Shown here: piece by piece, positions 33,053 to 48,598 of the stretch | Layout of the letters: each line of letters begins with the position of its first letter | Position numbering within the stretch: the stretch's first letter is position 1 | Origin: Octopus vulgaris | Taxonomy: Eukaryota | Assembly: GCA_951406725.2 (NCBI GenBank) | Contig: OX597820.1 | Coordinates: forward strand, 62,930,001-62,994,000 | Direction of reading: 5' to 3' | DNA length: 64,000 nucleotides | Program-made: the position numbers and the translations under genes | Notes under the pieces: model-generated | The model's database searches: none | The model's input: the letters and a program-made list of their open reading frames with translations, nothing else | What the model was told of the DNA's origin: nothing

Positions 33053-33377
33053 GCGTGTGCGTGTGCTCGTATGCATTGCTTGCATATACTCATACATATG
33101 TATGCAGAAATATATATTTTTTATATACATATACATACACGTGTGTTCGAAGAGTTGTATAGCATCGCAAACTTTTGATTTTTATAATGCTGCAGCGAGA
33201 GACACGTTGGTAGCCCAAGTTTTCGGAACTGATGTATGGATGGGCGGGATTTTACTATATGAAATTCGGTTTTAATTTAAGAGATAAATGTCTGCTAAAA
33301 GAACATAAGCGATTCCTGTTGTTTTGACACACGTCGAAACATACACACGTCGAAACATCAAGCTCACGTGCAAAAAA

Positions 33378-33412
<35 letters not shown>

Positions 33413-33589
33413 AAAAACAGGTGGAAGTTATGCGAATGGAATTTTGAAATCGAAGCAAAGTCAAAAGAGATACAAACCACTTGGTAAACGGAATGCGTAT
33501 TGGAATGGATACGCTACCATGTGATTTGGAGATTTGGAGATTTGGAGGTGAATATATAACGTATATATATATGCATATGTATATATGTA

Positions 33590-33642
<53 letters not shown>

Positions 33643-33789
33643 AGAATTCACAAAAAAAAAACACGAAGACAGGTGGTGTAGAAAACAAACAGATGTATTA
33701 GTATAACGATCGGGAATTGAAAAAGTATTTAACGTTTCGAGCCTACTCCCTTCTAGAGAAAGAACACACAAAGAAACAAGGAGAGAAAG

Positions 33790-33821
<32 letters not shown>

Positions 33822-33919
33822 ACGGGAAGCTTTATGAAAATAAACAAAAGACGAAGGCAGGTGGAAAACAAACGAACAATTGTATTAGTATGGCGCTCAG
33901 GAAATATAAATAAAACAAG

Positions 33920-33957
33920 TCTTTAACGTTTCGAGCCTACGCTCTTCAACAGAAAGA
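33920..33957 (-). ncRNA. Minimal hammerhead-like motif with variant core CUGUUGA
   Basis: TCTTT-CTGTTGA-A-GAGC gtag GCTC-GAAA-CG-TT-AAAGA: 5-bp stem I, 4-bp stem II, loopless palindromic stem III. Confidence 0.55.
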
Positions 33958-34697
33958 TACACAGAGAGAGAAAAACACAGAAAGAAGGAGAGAAAAAAAT
34001 GCGTGCAGTAGCTAACGAATCAACATGGCGATCTGATTTCGGCCAGAGGTCAAAGATCAAACATGAGACGCGAGAGCGAAATAAGGGGAGATAATAGGGT
34101 TGAGGGACCAGCTAAAAGTGCGTGGGAGGGGTCTGGATGTGTATGTATAGGGTTGGTGTATGTATATATATATATATATATATATATACGTATTGGTATG
34201 TATAGGTGTGTGTGTGTGTGTGTGAGAGAGTATAAGTGCGTATGCGGGGTCTGGACGTGTGTATGTATAGGGTTGGTGTAAGTATTAGTATGTACTAGTA
34301 TGTATTAGTACGTATTAGTATGTATTAGTTGGTGTGTGTATTAGTATGGCACATCATATGTGATGTGATGTGTAAAGTCATGTGGTGTAGTGAGGAGAAG
34401 AGGGGGAGGGGAGAAGAGGGGGGAGAAGGGGAGGGGAAGAAGAGGGGAGGGGAGGGTGAAGAGGAGAGGATGGGGAGAAGGAAGGGGAGGAGAGGGATGA
34501 AGGAGGAAAGAGGGGAGAGGGGGAGAGAGAAGGGGAGAGAGGGAGTGAGGGAGCAGAGGGAAGAGGAAGAGGGAGGGAGAAAGAGGGAAGAAGGGAAGGG
34601 GAGTAGGGGTGAAAGGATGAAGGACTGAAGAAGTGGGGGTCGGGGGGAGAAAGGATAGGTGAGGAGGGGGAGAGGGGGTTAGATGAGGAGGGGGGAG

Positions 34698-34957
34698 AGT
34701 TGAGACCAAATGGCGTATAAGAGCGAAGAGAGAAGATTAATTCCTGTTCACGGCGCAAACGGGAATCCGGATGGCCTCTGTGTAAGGACAAACCGAACAC
34801 AGATAGGTGTTGCAAGGAGTGACCGGTGGAGCGGAAATGGCGTGAGACCGGTGTGTCGTTCGCAAGGTGGATGTCACGAAGGTGTTCCGCGAACCGGTCA
34901 GCCAAGCGGCGTCCCGTTTGTCCGATGTACAAGGAATTGCAGAGAGAGCAAGAGATG

Positions 34958-34965
<8 letters not shown>
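34698..34965 (-). pseudogene. PLE GIY-YIG endonuclease C-terminal portion (the genuine part of ORF 34378..34932)
   Basis: YIGQT, R..EH, HF, E...I, GLN motifs typical of PLE GIY-YIG; truncated by (TA)n upstream, no RT. Confidence 0.85.
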
Positions 34966-35037
<72 letters not shown>

Positions 35038-38021
35038 GTATATGTATACATATATGTATATATATGTTAGTGTGTGAGTGTGTGAGAGTGTCTGTGTCTA
35101 TGTGTGCATGTATACCCATTCATTAATCATTATCCATTTACATACATGCACATACTTACACACACAGACGCACGCACTAACGCACACACCGTCGTAATCT
35201 TCCTAGTGAGAGATTAATTTTTCTTGAAACCAATCATTTAGTCCCAGGATTAGTCGACCTTTTAGAAATCTGCTTCAAGATAGCGACAGTCAGCAAGCGT
35301 TAGCTTTCTGTTAATTCCCAAAATGTATGCCACCACCACCGCCACCATTACCATCACCTTCACTGGCGTTATCACCGTTACTGTAGTTAAATAGACTACC
35401 TAATTCTAGCAGCTCCAGCATTTCTGTCATCACTATCGCCATCATCACACCTATCATCACCTCCTTCGCCATCATAGTTTGGATCTCTTTATCATTAACA
35501 CCAACAATACTAGAGTCATCCGTAATATCAGCACCAGCAGCAACACGCGTATCATATCATTAGCCAGCCAAACACCAACACTACATGAATTCCATCACAA
35601 ATATTACAATAAATATTCCCATCAGAATCATCACAATTAACGCCATCAACTGCAACAATACCACAACCGTCATATTGTCATTCAGGCTGCAAGAATATGC
35701 GGTCAGTCTGAAAGAATTTATGTCTTACCGTCATGGAAAATGATTACGTAAGCAATATAATTGAATACTGAATACCGTATGCTGGAAAAGTTGCAAAATC
35801 AGAATGGTCGAAAGATAGGACTTCAACGCAGACACATTTCTCACAATGCGTATACAGTCAGAGAACGACAGTGCGAACGAAAGTGAACGAATGGGAACAA
35901 AAGTCCCTATAACAATAAATGTCAGAGAAAGTCAACAAAGCGATGCGATGTACTCTCAATCAGTTTTCATAATCTACATGAATTTTTCCGAACAGTTGAA
36001 CTATTTTGAGATTAAATTACGGATGCATGATTTCACAGTCACATGTCCTCACAAATAAATCACTCCAAATCAGTAAAAAAAAGTATGTAAAAAAGCTGGA
36101 CCTAGAGATTTGCAAAAATAATCCATCCGTTCGGCTTATACACAAGTCCAGCAATTCCAGTTTTGCTTTCCGTGTTTGCGTATACCAGGTGCTTCCCACT
36201 GATATCATATACCATTCCTAGAATCTGTTGCTAATCTAAAACAACATTATGGAAATCACATACATATCTGAAAGAATTAATGACGCATCTACCAAATCCA
36301 GTTTCTTTCGACTTGCGAGTAAAACCAGTTGATATCAAGTACAACCGACTATCGCAGTCAGCAATAAAGAAGACAAAATTACTACAAATAACGTTCAGAG
36401 CAAATATATACGACACTGTAAACAGATCTAAATACTGCACAAACATCTTTAGCACAATTAGAGCTACCGTACGTCACTATCAGAGAGGAATAATAATTGT
36501 TTTCAAATATTATATTAAATCCATCATATGTTACGACGGTACTAACTGAGCTACAAGTACCTCCATCACAAAGCTGAAAACATCATACCTTGTATAGTAA
36601 TACGGTCTACATAGACACACAATACCTACCCGACGAAATACGTGTACCTAAATGGGCATATGAAATGTTAAGTCTGATGTCTCAGCAATTTCGGCCGGCA
36701 CCTCGTGTCTTTAAATGAAAAACATTCAGGTTCATTATATACTAAAATAACACGCAAAGAATAATTTCCATCATATTCAACCTCGATAAACTTTAAAAAT
36801 ACATAAACATTTAAACATAGAAATAACGTCAATATGACGCTACTAGCCACACACACTATGCTGCGGTACATAATACCAACAACAAATACAGAGAAAGAGT
36901 AAACGTCACGCTTTCGTCGTCCCTGTTGTGTCTATCACCAGAATCTATGTCTGTATAGAAATATGTTTATAAGTAAATTGTTGCAACATGGCTAGGTAGT
37001 TGTTCTGCATCCCAAATTATTCTTCAGTGATTGCTAATGCATACAGTATGATCCTCACCCAGATGGGGTTAATATATAACAGAGAGAGAGAGAGTGGGAC
37101 ATTGAGGGTTTCGTCTTCCTTTGGTTGACTACTTGTGTTTCAATGATTGAGCGATTAGGTCCCATATGGACAACTTAACAACAACAACAACAACAACAAT
37201 AACACAAGAAGACCAACAAAGACAACAACAACAACAATGACAATTGCAACAAAAGCGGCAACGGCTAGAAAGGCATTATCATTAGCACTAATACCAGTAC
37301 TACCATACAGCGATTACCGCAACACTACAGTACCAATACCGTCAGCTCTACCAGCCATATCACACAGATATCACCACTACTACTACCCGTATCGTTAGCA
37401 CATAGCACATGATTACCTCAAACAGTACCAATAACCACTACCATTACAAACCTCACATTCATTCCCATTATCACCATTTATTATCTTACGCTAGAAATGT
37501 AACAATAAATTTGATTTATATTGCGATAAGCGGACGATTAAAGCTTATTTTGCAAAATGCCTTTATGAATATTTTCTAATTCTTTGCCAGACCAAGCCAT
37601 ATTAAACCATAACTACAATATCTACACACTAAACCTTAACTACACCATCACAAAATTACTCAAGAATAATTACATTATTACCAGACTATATGATAACTGT
37701 AGCATAAACGCACTGTAAGATAAATACATCATCACGACATTATGCAGTAATCACACTCCATCACCAACCCATTCGATAATGATATTGTAAGAACATCACC
37801 ACAGCATTACCCAATGAACAAATATACAATCATTACGCTACGCCATAGTCACATACTCTACCGTCACATTATTACACAAGAATCAAACAAACACTACGTT
37901 ATGCTATAGATACTTTATCACTACAGCGTATGATAGCTACATCCGCCATAATTACACGATCTCTACATAACACAATAGTCACATTATCAGCACACTGTTC
38001 GATAGCTGCAACACATCATAG

Positions 38022-38610
<589 letters not shown>

Positions 38611-38749
38611 CACATTTACAACTATACATATCATATAAAACGCTAGAATGCTATACAAAAACTATATTGAACCGAACCAAATTAATCCACAACCAATACC
38701 CACGACGGTACTTCTTTACCATTCTGTACAACAATACCACAAATTTTTC

Positions 38750-39340
38750 TACTCTTTTCCAATCTAGGCACGAACCCGAAATTTGTGGGGAGGGGGCCAG
38801 TTGATTAGATCGACCCCAGTACGCAACTAGTACTTAATGTATCGACCCCGAAAGGATGAAAAGCAAAGTCGTCCTCGGTGGAATTTGAACTCAGAACGTA
38901 AAGGCAGACGAAATACCTATTTCTTTACTACCCACAAGGGGCTAAACACAGTGGAGACAAACAAGGACAGACAAACAGATTAAGTCGATTACATCGATCC
39001 CACTGCGTAACTGGTACTTATTTAATCGACCCCGAAAGGATGAAAGGCAAAGTCGACTTCGGCGGAATTTGAACTCAGAACGTAGCGGCAGATGAAATAC
39101 CTATTTCTATTTCTTTACTACCCACAAGGGGCTAAACACAGAGAGGACAAACAAGGACAGACTAACGGATTAAGTCGATTATATCGACCTCCAGTGTGTA
39201 ACTGGTACTTATTTAATCGACCCTGAAAGGATGAAAGGCAAAGTCGACCTCGGTGGAATTTGAACTCAGAACGTAACGGCAGATGAAATACCGCTAAGCA
39301 CTTCGCCCGGCGAGCTAACGTTTCTGCAAGATCGCCACCT
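38750..39340 (-). mobile_element. SINE family D with three tandem ~180-bp body units
   Basis: Unit ggtatttc...acgttctgagttcaaattcc...tttcatcctttc.gggtcgat...aagtac.agtt occurs three times; single head near 39340. Confidence 0.85.
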
Positions 39341-40922
39341 TCCATAAACCACAAGTACACCACACTGCAACCATAGCATACAGAAAATATACGACGTTGC
39401 ACAACATCACACTACACCAGAACTACGCAACCTCTTCAACTACACAAATCAGTTACATCACATTACAAATTATAACACTTAATACAGCACACAAGCACAG
39501 CGGAACTCCATAACACTACAGTCAGATACATTTTACGAGCCCATTACATCAAACGACTCCAAAATCTTCTCACAGCTATAACTAAAGTAGACTACACTTC
39601 GACCAAATATATAGCTGCACCAAACTATATATTAAACCAAAACACAAAACAACCACATCGTAACATGAAGCTAACAATACAACCAATTCCGAACTTACAT
39701 CATCACATCCCACCAATCATATTCTTTTAATATTTTTAAATTTCTTTCTCTCAACCCTCTCCACGTAAAAACAACTTCCATTTTATTATCTTGGTGTCCT
39801 CTGCCGTTTCCTGGCCTCTTTTTCCTTTCTTTTTTTTTTACTTCGTAATTTTTTTTCCCTCCTCTCTCTTCTGTTTCTTTGTTTCATCTCTATTTCTTCT
39901 CCGCTATTTTTCTACATCTTCTCCAATTCTTGTGCCTTTTCTGAATTCTACCTCTTCTCTACATCTACACCACATCTACATGACACTTTCCTCTCTCCTC
40001 TATGCTACCGCACTACCTCTTCCTTACCTCTATTCTCAACGTCTACTCCGCCTCATCTCAACAAATCCTCTGGACCCTCCCCGTATCATGACTTCTTCTT
40101 TGCTTATTTTTTGTCCCCTCTCTTTTTCCAGCCAATCTTCGTTTTGTTCTCTGCCTCTTTTTTTACGCTTGTTGTCTTCTTCCGTGTCACTTCTCTTCGT
40201 CTTTCCTGCTTCTGGTTTTCCCTGCTTTTTAGTTACTCCTTTTCTTTATTGATTCTGTGCCCTTTCAATTTTTGTATGCCTCTTTTCAGATTTTACTGCA
40301 TCTCTTCACAGCTACATCTCAGCTGATGCCTCTCCTACTACTCTGCCTCTTCTCTACTCCTTCGTTGCTTCTGATCATCTGTTGTCTAAATCTTGTCTCC
40401 TTCTTCGCTGTTTCTTTCATGCTTGTTCTTTGCTTCTCATCTCATTCAATGATTCTTCATTCCATCTTCTGTACTTCTTTAGAACCATTTGACTACCATT
40501 TCTCAACTATTATTTCCTGCTCTTTCTACCCTACTTTTAAGCTATTCTCTGTTTCTCTTCAATCTACTCGTGTCCCTAGGTCGTTGATATCAATTAAATA
40601 ATTTTTGAAGTTTGAAGTGATGAAGGCCTCTCTGACATGTTCTAAAATTATGGCTTATGCTCTAGCGTCAAGTGTAGATGTTTTTTTTTTCCGTAAGAGA
40701 TTAAACTGACCAAAAGGATTAACGCGTTGTAATCCGAATTGTCTTAACTTAGCCAAACAATTGATTCAACAAGAACGGATTATACAACTCTCCAAAACGT
40801 TGTTTTCCAGGCGCTATTACTGTCAACAGCAATATTAATAACGTCAGCATTAAGGGAGCCGTCAGTAGCAACGATAGGAAAAACAAAAACTAAAGAAATA
40901 AGAACAGCAGCTACAACAGGAT

Positions 40923-40980
<58 letters not shown>

Positions 40981-41094
40981 CAACGACAATAATAATATAA
41001 TAATGGCTTCAAATGTTGGTACAATTGAAGCAATTTCGACGAAGGAGATACATCGAGCTCAAGTACTCAGGTGATACTTACTTTTTATCGATCC

Positions 41095-41225
41095 TGTCTG
41101 AAGTATGCACCTTTCACATATGTCTTTCTGTTAGTTTGAACTGTGAAGTTCCAGAGGAGTGAGATGTAGTCCTTTTCAAGTACTGCAGTTGGTTTCTGTT
41201 CCCACAGATTTGCTTGTCAGTTGTT
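41095..41225 (-). mobile_element. Short decayed R4-like fragment
   Basis: Translates LWEQKPTAVLEKDYISLLWNFTVQTNRK, paralleling WYRHTPEKVTENEKATILWDMPIHTDRE. Confidence 0.55.
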
Positions 41226-41254
41226 TGACCTTAACCAGTTGAGCATTATAAGAA

Positions 41255-41931
<677 letters not shown>

Positions 41932-41935
41932 AATG

Positions 41936-42122
<187 letters not shown>

Positions 42123-42711
42123 TGATGATAATAATAATTTAATAGTGAAACTGCAGCAGTCATCTTACCTGTGCCTTTCATTCGGAATCCATAAAATGAA
42201 TTGCCAGTTCAGTAAAATGGGTTGAAATAATGTTGATGGGATGAGAGTTGCTGCTTCATATTAATTGTCCTAGTTCTTAGCTTTCTGAATTTTATGTTGG
42301 TAGATTTAATCATGCACCTAGTTTAATATATTAACCTGGTTATTTTGTTGACAGCATTTAAGTCAGACATTCAGTTTGAAGACAGCTTCAGCCCTTCTAT
42401 ACTTTAGTCCCAGTTGCCCCGAAGAATTGTAGGCTCGTGGACGATACTCTACTCTCTCTGACCAAGGGTTAAGAAGATAATTATACACTAGCCAAAGCGC
42501 GCAAGTAACAACCAAACCTACTGTCATGTAGAAAATATTAACTCACTTTTTACTGAATTCGTAGCTATAATATCTCAGAAAACAGCATGGGAGAGACACG
42601 GCGAGAAAATATTTAAATACGTGTCCATTCAATAAAGGTTAATGGAGCTAATGTGTTATAAAAGATTTCAAAAAATTCCTTAGAGACTCTTGCTATCGCA
42701 ATATATACATA

Positions 42712-42799
<88 letters not shown>

Positions 42800-43528
42800 T
42801 ATATCACACATTATGTATCATATACTATATATATGTGTACAGAATGCCAGGAGTTCAAATTTCTTACGTTGTAAGCTACATAATTAGTTCATAGCTTAAA
42901 TATATTCATTAGGAGTCTTACTTTAAAAGACTTATAATTCTCAGGTACCAAGTAGCTCTCAAATCGCAGATGCAAATTGTATTGAGTTCTATTGGGAAGG
43001 GAAGGCAAATAACAAAACAATTACCCACAAATAACTATCTAGCGATATGAAAAACCAGTAGCCGTTGAATTATATACACTTGGTGCTCGAAAAAATATTC
43101 AATGGTCGCTGATGGGATGGCTATGAGTAAAGTTATACAGGTGAAATTAAATAATATCAACAACAGCACCGACGTGTTTTAGCCACCAACTGGAGAAATG
43201 AAAGGTAAACATCTTATCAACAAGAATTGCATTAATAACGTCTGAATATCATACATATAATTTAATCCAGAGCTCGTCTAATTTGAAGCAAGTCACACCT
43301 CAAAATTGGCTTCGGAAGGCCAGTAATTTTAGTGAGAAATTGTTAATCAATTGCATCGACTCCAATGCGCAACTGGTACCGTAAATTCTAGCATAGTGGA
43401 GGTCCACTTACAGGACATCCCTTTTATATGTATGTAATATAATTATTTCTGAAACTTTAGATTTTTGAGTATGCTTGACCACTGGTTTTAAATTGATATC
43501 AATCAAATTAATATTCCGTTTTTCATCC

Positions 43529-44814
<1,286 letters not shown>

Positions 44815-45094
44815 TATGGAAACAATGAAAAAGGCAAGTAGACCTCCACAGAATTTGAACACAGAACACGTAAAGGATCGAAAGACAGATACCGCTATGC
44901 ATTCTGTACCCAACCCACTGACGATTCTACCAACTCGCCTCGTTATTTCATGAATAAAAACTCACAAGGAAACATTAGGAAAATCCCCACTACCACCACA
45001 ACTATTGCCAAAGCCACCAACAGGATCCTCTTATTGTACCTTCTCCTTATCAGGATCCTCCTCCCCGTCCTCTTCGTCGGCGTAGTCGTCGTCG

Positions 45095-45126
<32 letters not shown>

Positions 45127-46174
45127 CTCCTCCTCCTCCTCTTCATCATCATCATCATCGTCGTCATCATCATAAGACAGAAAACACAGCTTGAGGTGTT
45201 TCAGAACTACCACTATCTAACAACTACTACTACCACTACAACCAATACCAAAACTTTCTTAAATCAACAGAAACAGCAATAACAACATTAATAATAATTC
45301 GGTATTAACACAACTAATAACGACCACCACCACGACCACCACTGCAAAAATAATAAGAAATTCTTTGCAACCATCATCACTACCACCGCTATTTCCGACA
45401 GCAGAATCCCCCCCACCAAACACACACACACACGACCGCCACTAGCAGCACCACTCAAAAATATTCACCATCGCCATCACCATCACCATCACCATCATCA
45501 TGGATATCAGCTTTACAAGCCCCACACGAACAGCAATAACAGCAAGAACAACAAAAACAACATCAACGACAGGAAAGAAAAAAAACTACATTAGCAACAC
45601 CACCATCCAGGAAAACAGATTTTGCACCATCCCCACTACCTACAACAATAACAACTAAAACAATAACACCGACAACAACGCTGACAACAACAACAAACTT
45701 TAAATGGATTTCCTTATAGACAGGATAATCTTCAAAAAAAGATTATACCAAATAGTTGCAGCCATCGTTGTAGACGTGTAGTGGTGTTGGTATCGATGGT
45801 CGGGGTGCTGACAGCAACGGCGGTGGCGATGGTGGTGGTAACGGTGGAGCTGGTTGAGGTTGTGGTGGCGGTTGTGGTGATGGTGGAGATATTGTTGGTG
45901 GTGACGGTGTCAGTTGTGGTGGTGTTGGGGATGCCGGTTGTGGTAGTTGTGTGGTGTTGGTGAGGCCGGTTGTGATTGTGGTGGCGTTTGTGAGGCCAGT
46001 TGTGGTTGTGGTGGTAGTAGTAGTGGTCGTGTTGGTCATGCCGGTTGTGGTTGTGGTGGTGGTAGTTATGGTGGTGGTAGTTATGGTGGTGCCGGTTATG
46101 TCGTTTGTGGTGGTTGTAGTTGTCGTTGGTGATACTGATTGCGGTTGTGGCAGTGTTGGTGATGCTGGTTATGG

Positions 46175-46514
46175 TCTTCTTCTTCTTCTTCTTCTTCTTC
46201 TTCTTTTTCTTCTTCTTCTTCTTCTTCTTCTTCTTTTTCTTCTTCTTCTTCTTCTTCTTCTTCATCTTCTTCTTCTTCTTTTTTTCTTCTTCTTCTTCTT
46301 CTTCTTCTTCTTTTTCTTCTTCTTCTTCTTCTTCTTCTTCTTCTTCTTCTTTGTTTCTTCTTCTTCTTCTTCTTCTTCTTCTTCTTCTTCTTCTTCTTCT
46401 TCTTCTTCTTCTTCTTTTTCTTCTTTTTCTTCTTCTTCTTCTTCTCTTCTTCTTCTTCTTCTTCTTCTTCTTCTTCTTCTTCTTCTTCTTCTTCTTCTTC
46501 TTCTTTTTCTTCTT
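46175..46514. repeat. (TTC)n microsatellite forming a SINE tail
   Basis: Directly abuts the 3' end of SINE 46515-46995. Confidence 0.9.
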
Positions 46515-46995
46515 GACATAGGACTCATGCCATTAGCCACAATGAATGAACTCTAATTCGAGCCCTCTCTAAGCTACTAGGAATGCATGTGGGACCTTGA
46601 AGATCCACCCACCACACGCGATAGACTGGCTGTTGCACGGGCGCGAAAAAGCTACGTTGTTATCCTCATTCCGTAAACAGTGGCTTTTAACGGGTGGAGA
46701 GCTGAACCAACCTGAGTTACAGGTTGGTTCGAAATCTAGACTAGGGTCTGAAAGTTTACCACACCATAGTGGGTTACACCATGGTTCCTCTGCTTTGTGG
46801 CAGAAGTAGGAAGAAAGAATGAGAGAAAGTTGTGGTGAAAGAGTACAGCGTTGTTCACACACATCCACCCCCGCTGGAGCTTCGTGGAGCTTAGGTGGTT
46901 TTGCTCAATAAACACAGTGCCCGATCTGGCAATCGAAACCGCTTTCTTACGACCGCGAGTGCGCTGGCCTAACCACTGTGCCATTGCACCTCCAC
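46515..46995 (-). mobile_element. SINE family C head with tail type 2
   Basis: Colinear with 18878-19336. Confidence 0.88.
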
Positions 46996-47836
46996 GTCGG
47001 TTGTGGTGGTGGTGGTTGTGGTAGTGATGGTAATTCCGGTTTGGGTGTGGTGTTGATAGTTGTGGTGGTGTTGGTGGTGTTGTTGTTAATACCATTGGTT
47101 GTAATAGCATTACCGATAGGTTGATGATGGTAGTTCCGGCAAAATCGTGCTGAAAATCGTAGTAGCTGTAACAGTAGTTGTGGTAGACGCATTGTAGCAG
47201 TGGTAGTGTTGAATATGAATCTTCCTGTTAGATCTGATGATGCGCATTAATCTGATTGTAATGCTGGTTTTTCTCAGTGGTGGGGATATTGATCGGGTTG
47301 CTGATGGTGTTGAATGTGGTAGAAGACGTGGGCTTGACGAACTACTGGTGGTTGTAGTACTGGTGACAGTTGAGGAGATGATGCTGTAGTGTTGGTGGTT
47401 GTCATTTATTGCGTGAGTAGTGGTGGGTATGGTCGGAGTCGTGGTAGTGATAGTGATGCTGGTAATATTATTGGTATGTAATGGTAGTGGTTTTGGTACA
47501 GTTTTGGCAATGGTAGTAGGGTTGCTATTGGTGGTGGTGGCGGCGGTGGTGATTGTGATGATAGTGGTTTGGCGGTGGTGGTGTGGCGCTGTTTCTGGCG
47601 TCATTGATGGTGGTGTTATTAGTGATAACAATACATTGGAGAAGTCTAACCATAAAATGAAGTGGTGGACATATTTGGAATGTGAAACTAACTGTAACAA
47701 TCTGGATGTGCTCCTATGTGCCTCATTAGGTGGTATGTGACTTAACAGCAACAACAACACCAACGAAGGTGTGATAAACAGAAAGCAAATACGTGGTCGC
47801 CAGACACGTATACATAACTACAAGAACACAACTTAC

Positions 47837-47945
47837 CTTTATAAGCAAACGAAGAACTCATTCGAGAATGCGTAAAATTAAGACGTGATAATAACTGCTG
47901 AAATGGCTTTGGTCAGACGTCTACTAAATGAAGACTTGTCTACAG
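47837..47945 (-). other. Candidate non-coding exon
   Basis: Consensus donor AAG|gtaagt; weak acceptor ttttttatgcgaatttag; stops in all frames. Confidence 0.2.
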
Positions 47946-48284
47946 CTAAATTCGCATAAAAAACAGCAACTTCGAAGAAACCACAATTACCACAATTGCA
48001 CTCAAACATTTCTTTAATATTACTTTAGAAATTTAAACAAATTGATGAATAATCTAATTTACTGATTAAGTTTAGTCTGAACATGATGTCGGAGAAACTG
48101 GGAACGAACATTATGATTTGAGAGATGATGTTTTTTATTGTTACATAGAAATATGTTTCTAACAGGTGTGTACGGAATAAGGGAACAACGTAAGCCTCTA
48201 TACTTCAAGAAATGAGCTTTGAATTTCTTCAAAAACGCATACACAGGAACTATCAAACAATAACATTTTAAAAACCTACTCAAA

Positions 48285-48598
48285 ACTCTGCCAAGGTAAC
48301 ACCAAGGTCCTCTCAACGATTAGCCAGAGATGATTTTTAAAATGAGAATAGCTGAAATAAACTCGACTGCTCTCACAAATGACAATACTAAAAACGAACT
48401 CGACCGAAGTAAAAATCCGGAAAAACAGTCCAGAATCTAATCAGTTCGTGCAAGTCACGAGGCTAAGCATCCCTGAAAGTTTCATCTGAATCCATCCAGT
48501 TGTTCTTGAAATATCTTGTCTAGGGTCAAACAACCAACCAAACAAAAAAACACGACAGAAAACAATATCACCGCCTTCGCTAAGGCGGAGGTAATGAT
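48285..48598 (-). mobile_element. Non-autonomous Helentron/DINE-like element, copy 2
   Basis: Reverse-complement homologue of 17342-17688; hairpin ccgcctt-agcg-aaggcgg. Confidence 0.55.

Larger units (their letters stand above)
33640..34965 (-). mobile_element. 5'-truncated Penelope-like element (GIY-YIG endonuclease end, 3' region, two pLTR-like units)
   Basis: Minus-strand translation IYCISCSLCNSLYIGQTGRRLADRFAEHLR...VSRHF...RLRREQELIFSLRSYTPFGLN; related units at 33640-33790 and 33830-33990; (TA)n on both sides. Confidence 0.88.

Noticed and set aside
35800-36960. Non-repetitive stretch with several short ORFs
   Set aside because: No recognisable domain or consistent exon structure; left unannotated
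38780-39290. Regular repeats suggestive of a CRISPR-like array
   Set aside because: Units are ~180 bp and homologous along their length, with no unique spacers or cas genes; eukaryotic SINE multimer
39720-40600. Hydrophobic F/L/S-rich ORFs resembling membrane proteins (also 28852-29907)
   Set aside because: Explained by C/T-rich low-complexity composition
47110-47763. 217-aa Thr/Ser-rich mucin-like ORF (also 45732-46265, 45951-46556)
   Set aside because: Produced by degenerate GGT/GTT trinucleotide sequence; no domain or convincing splice context
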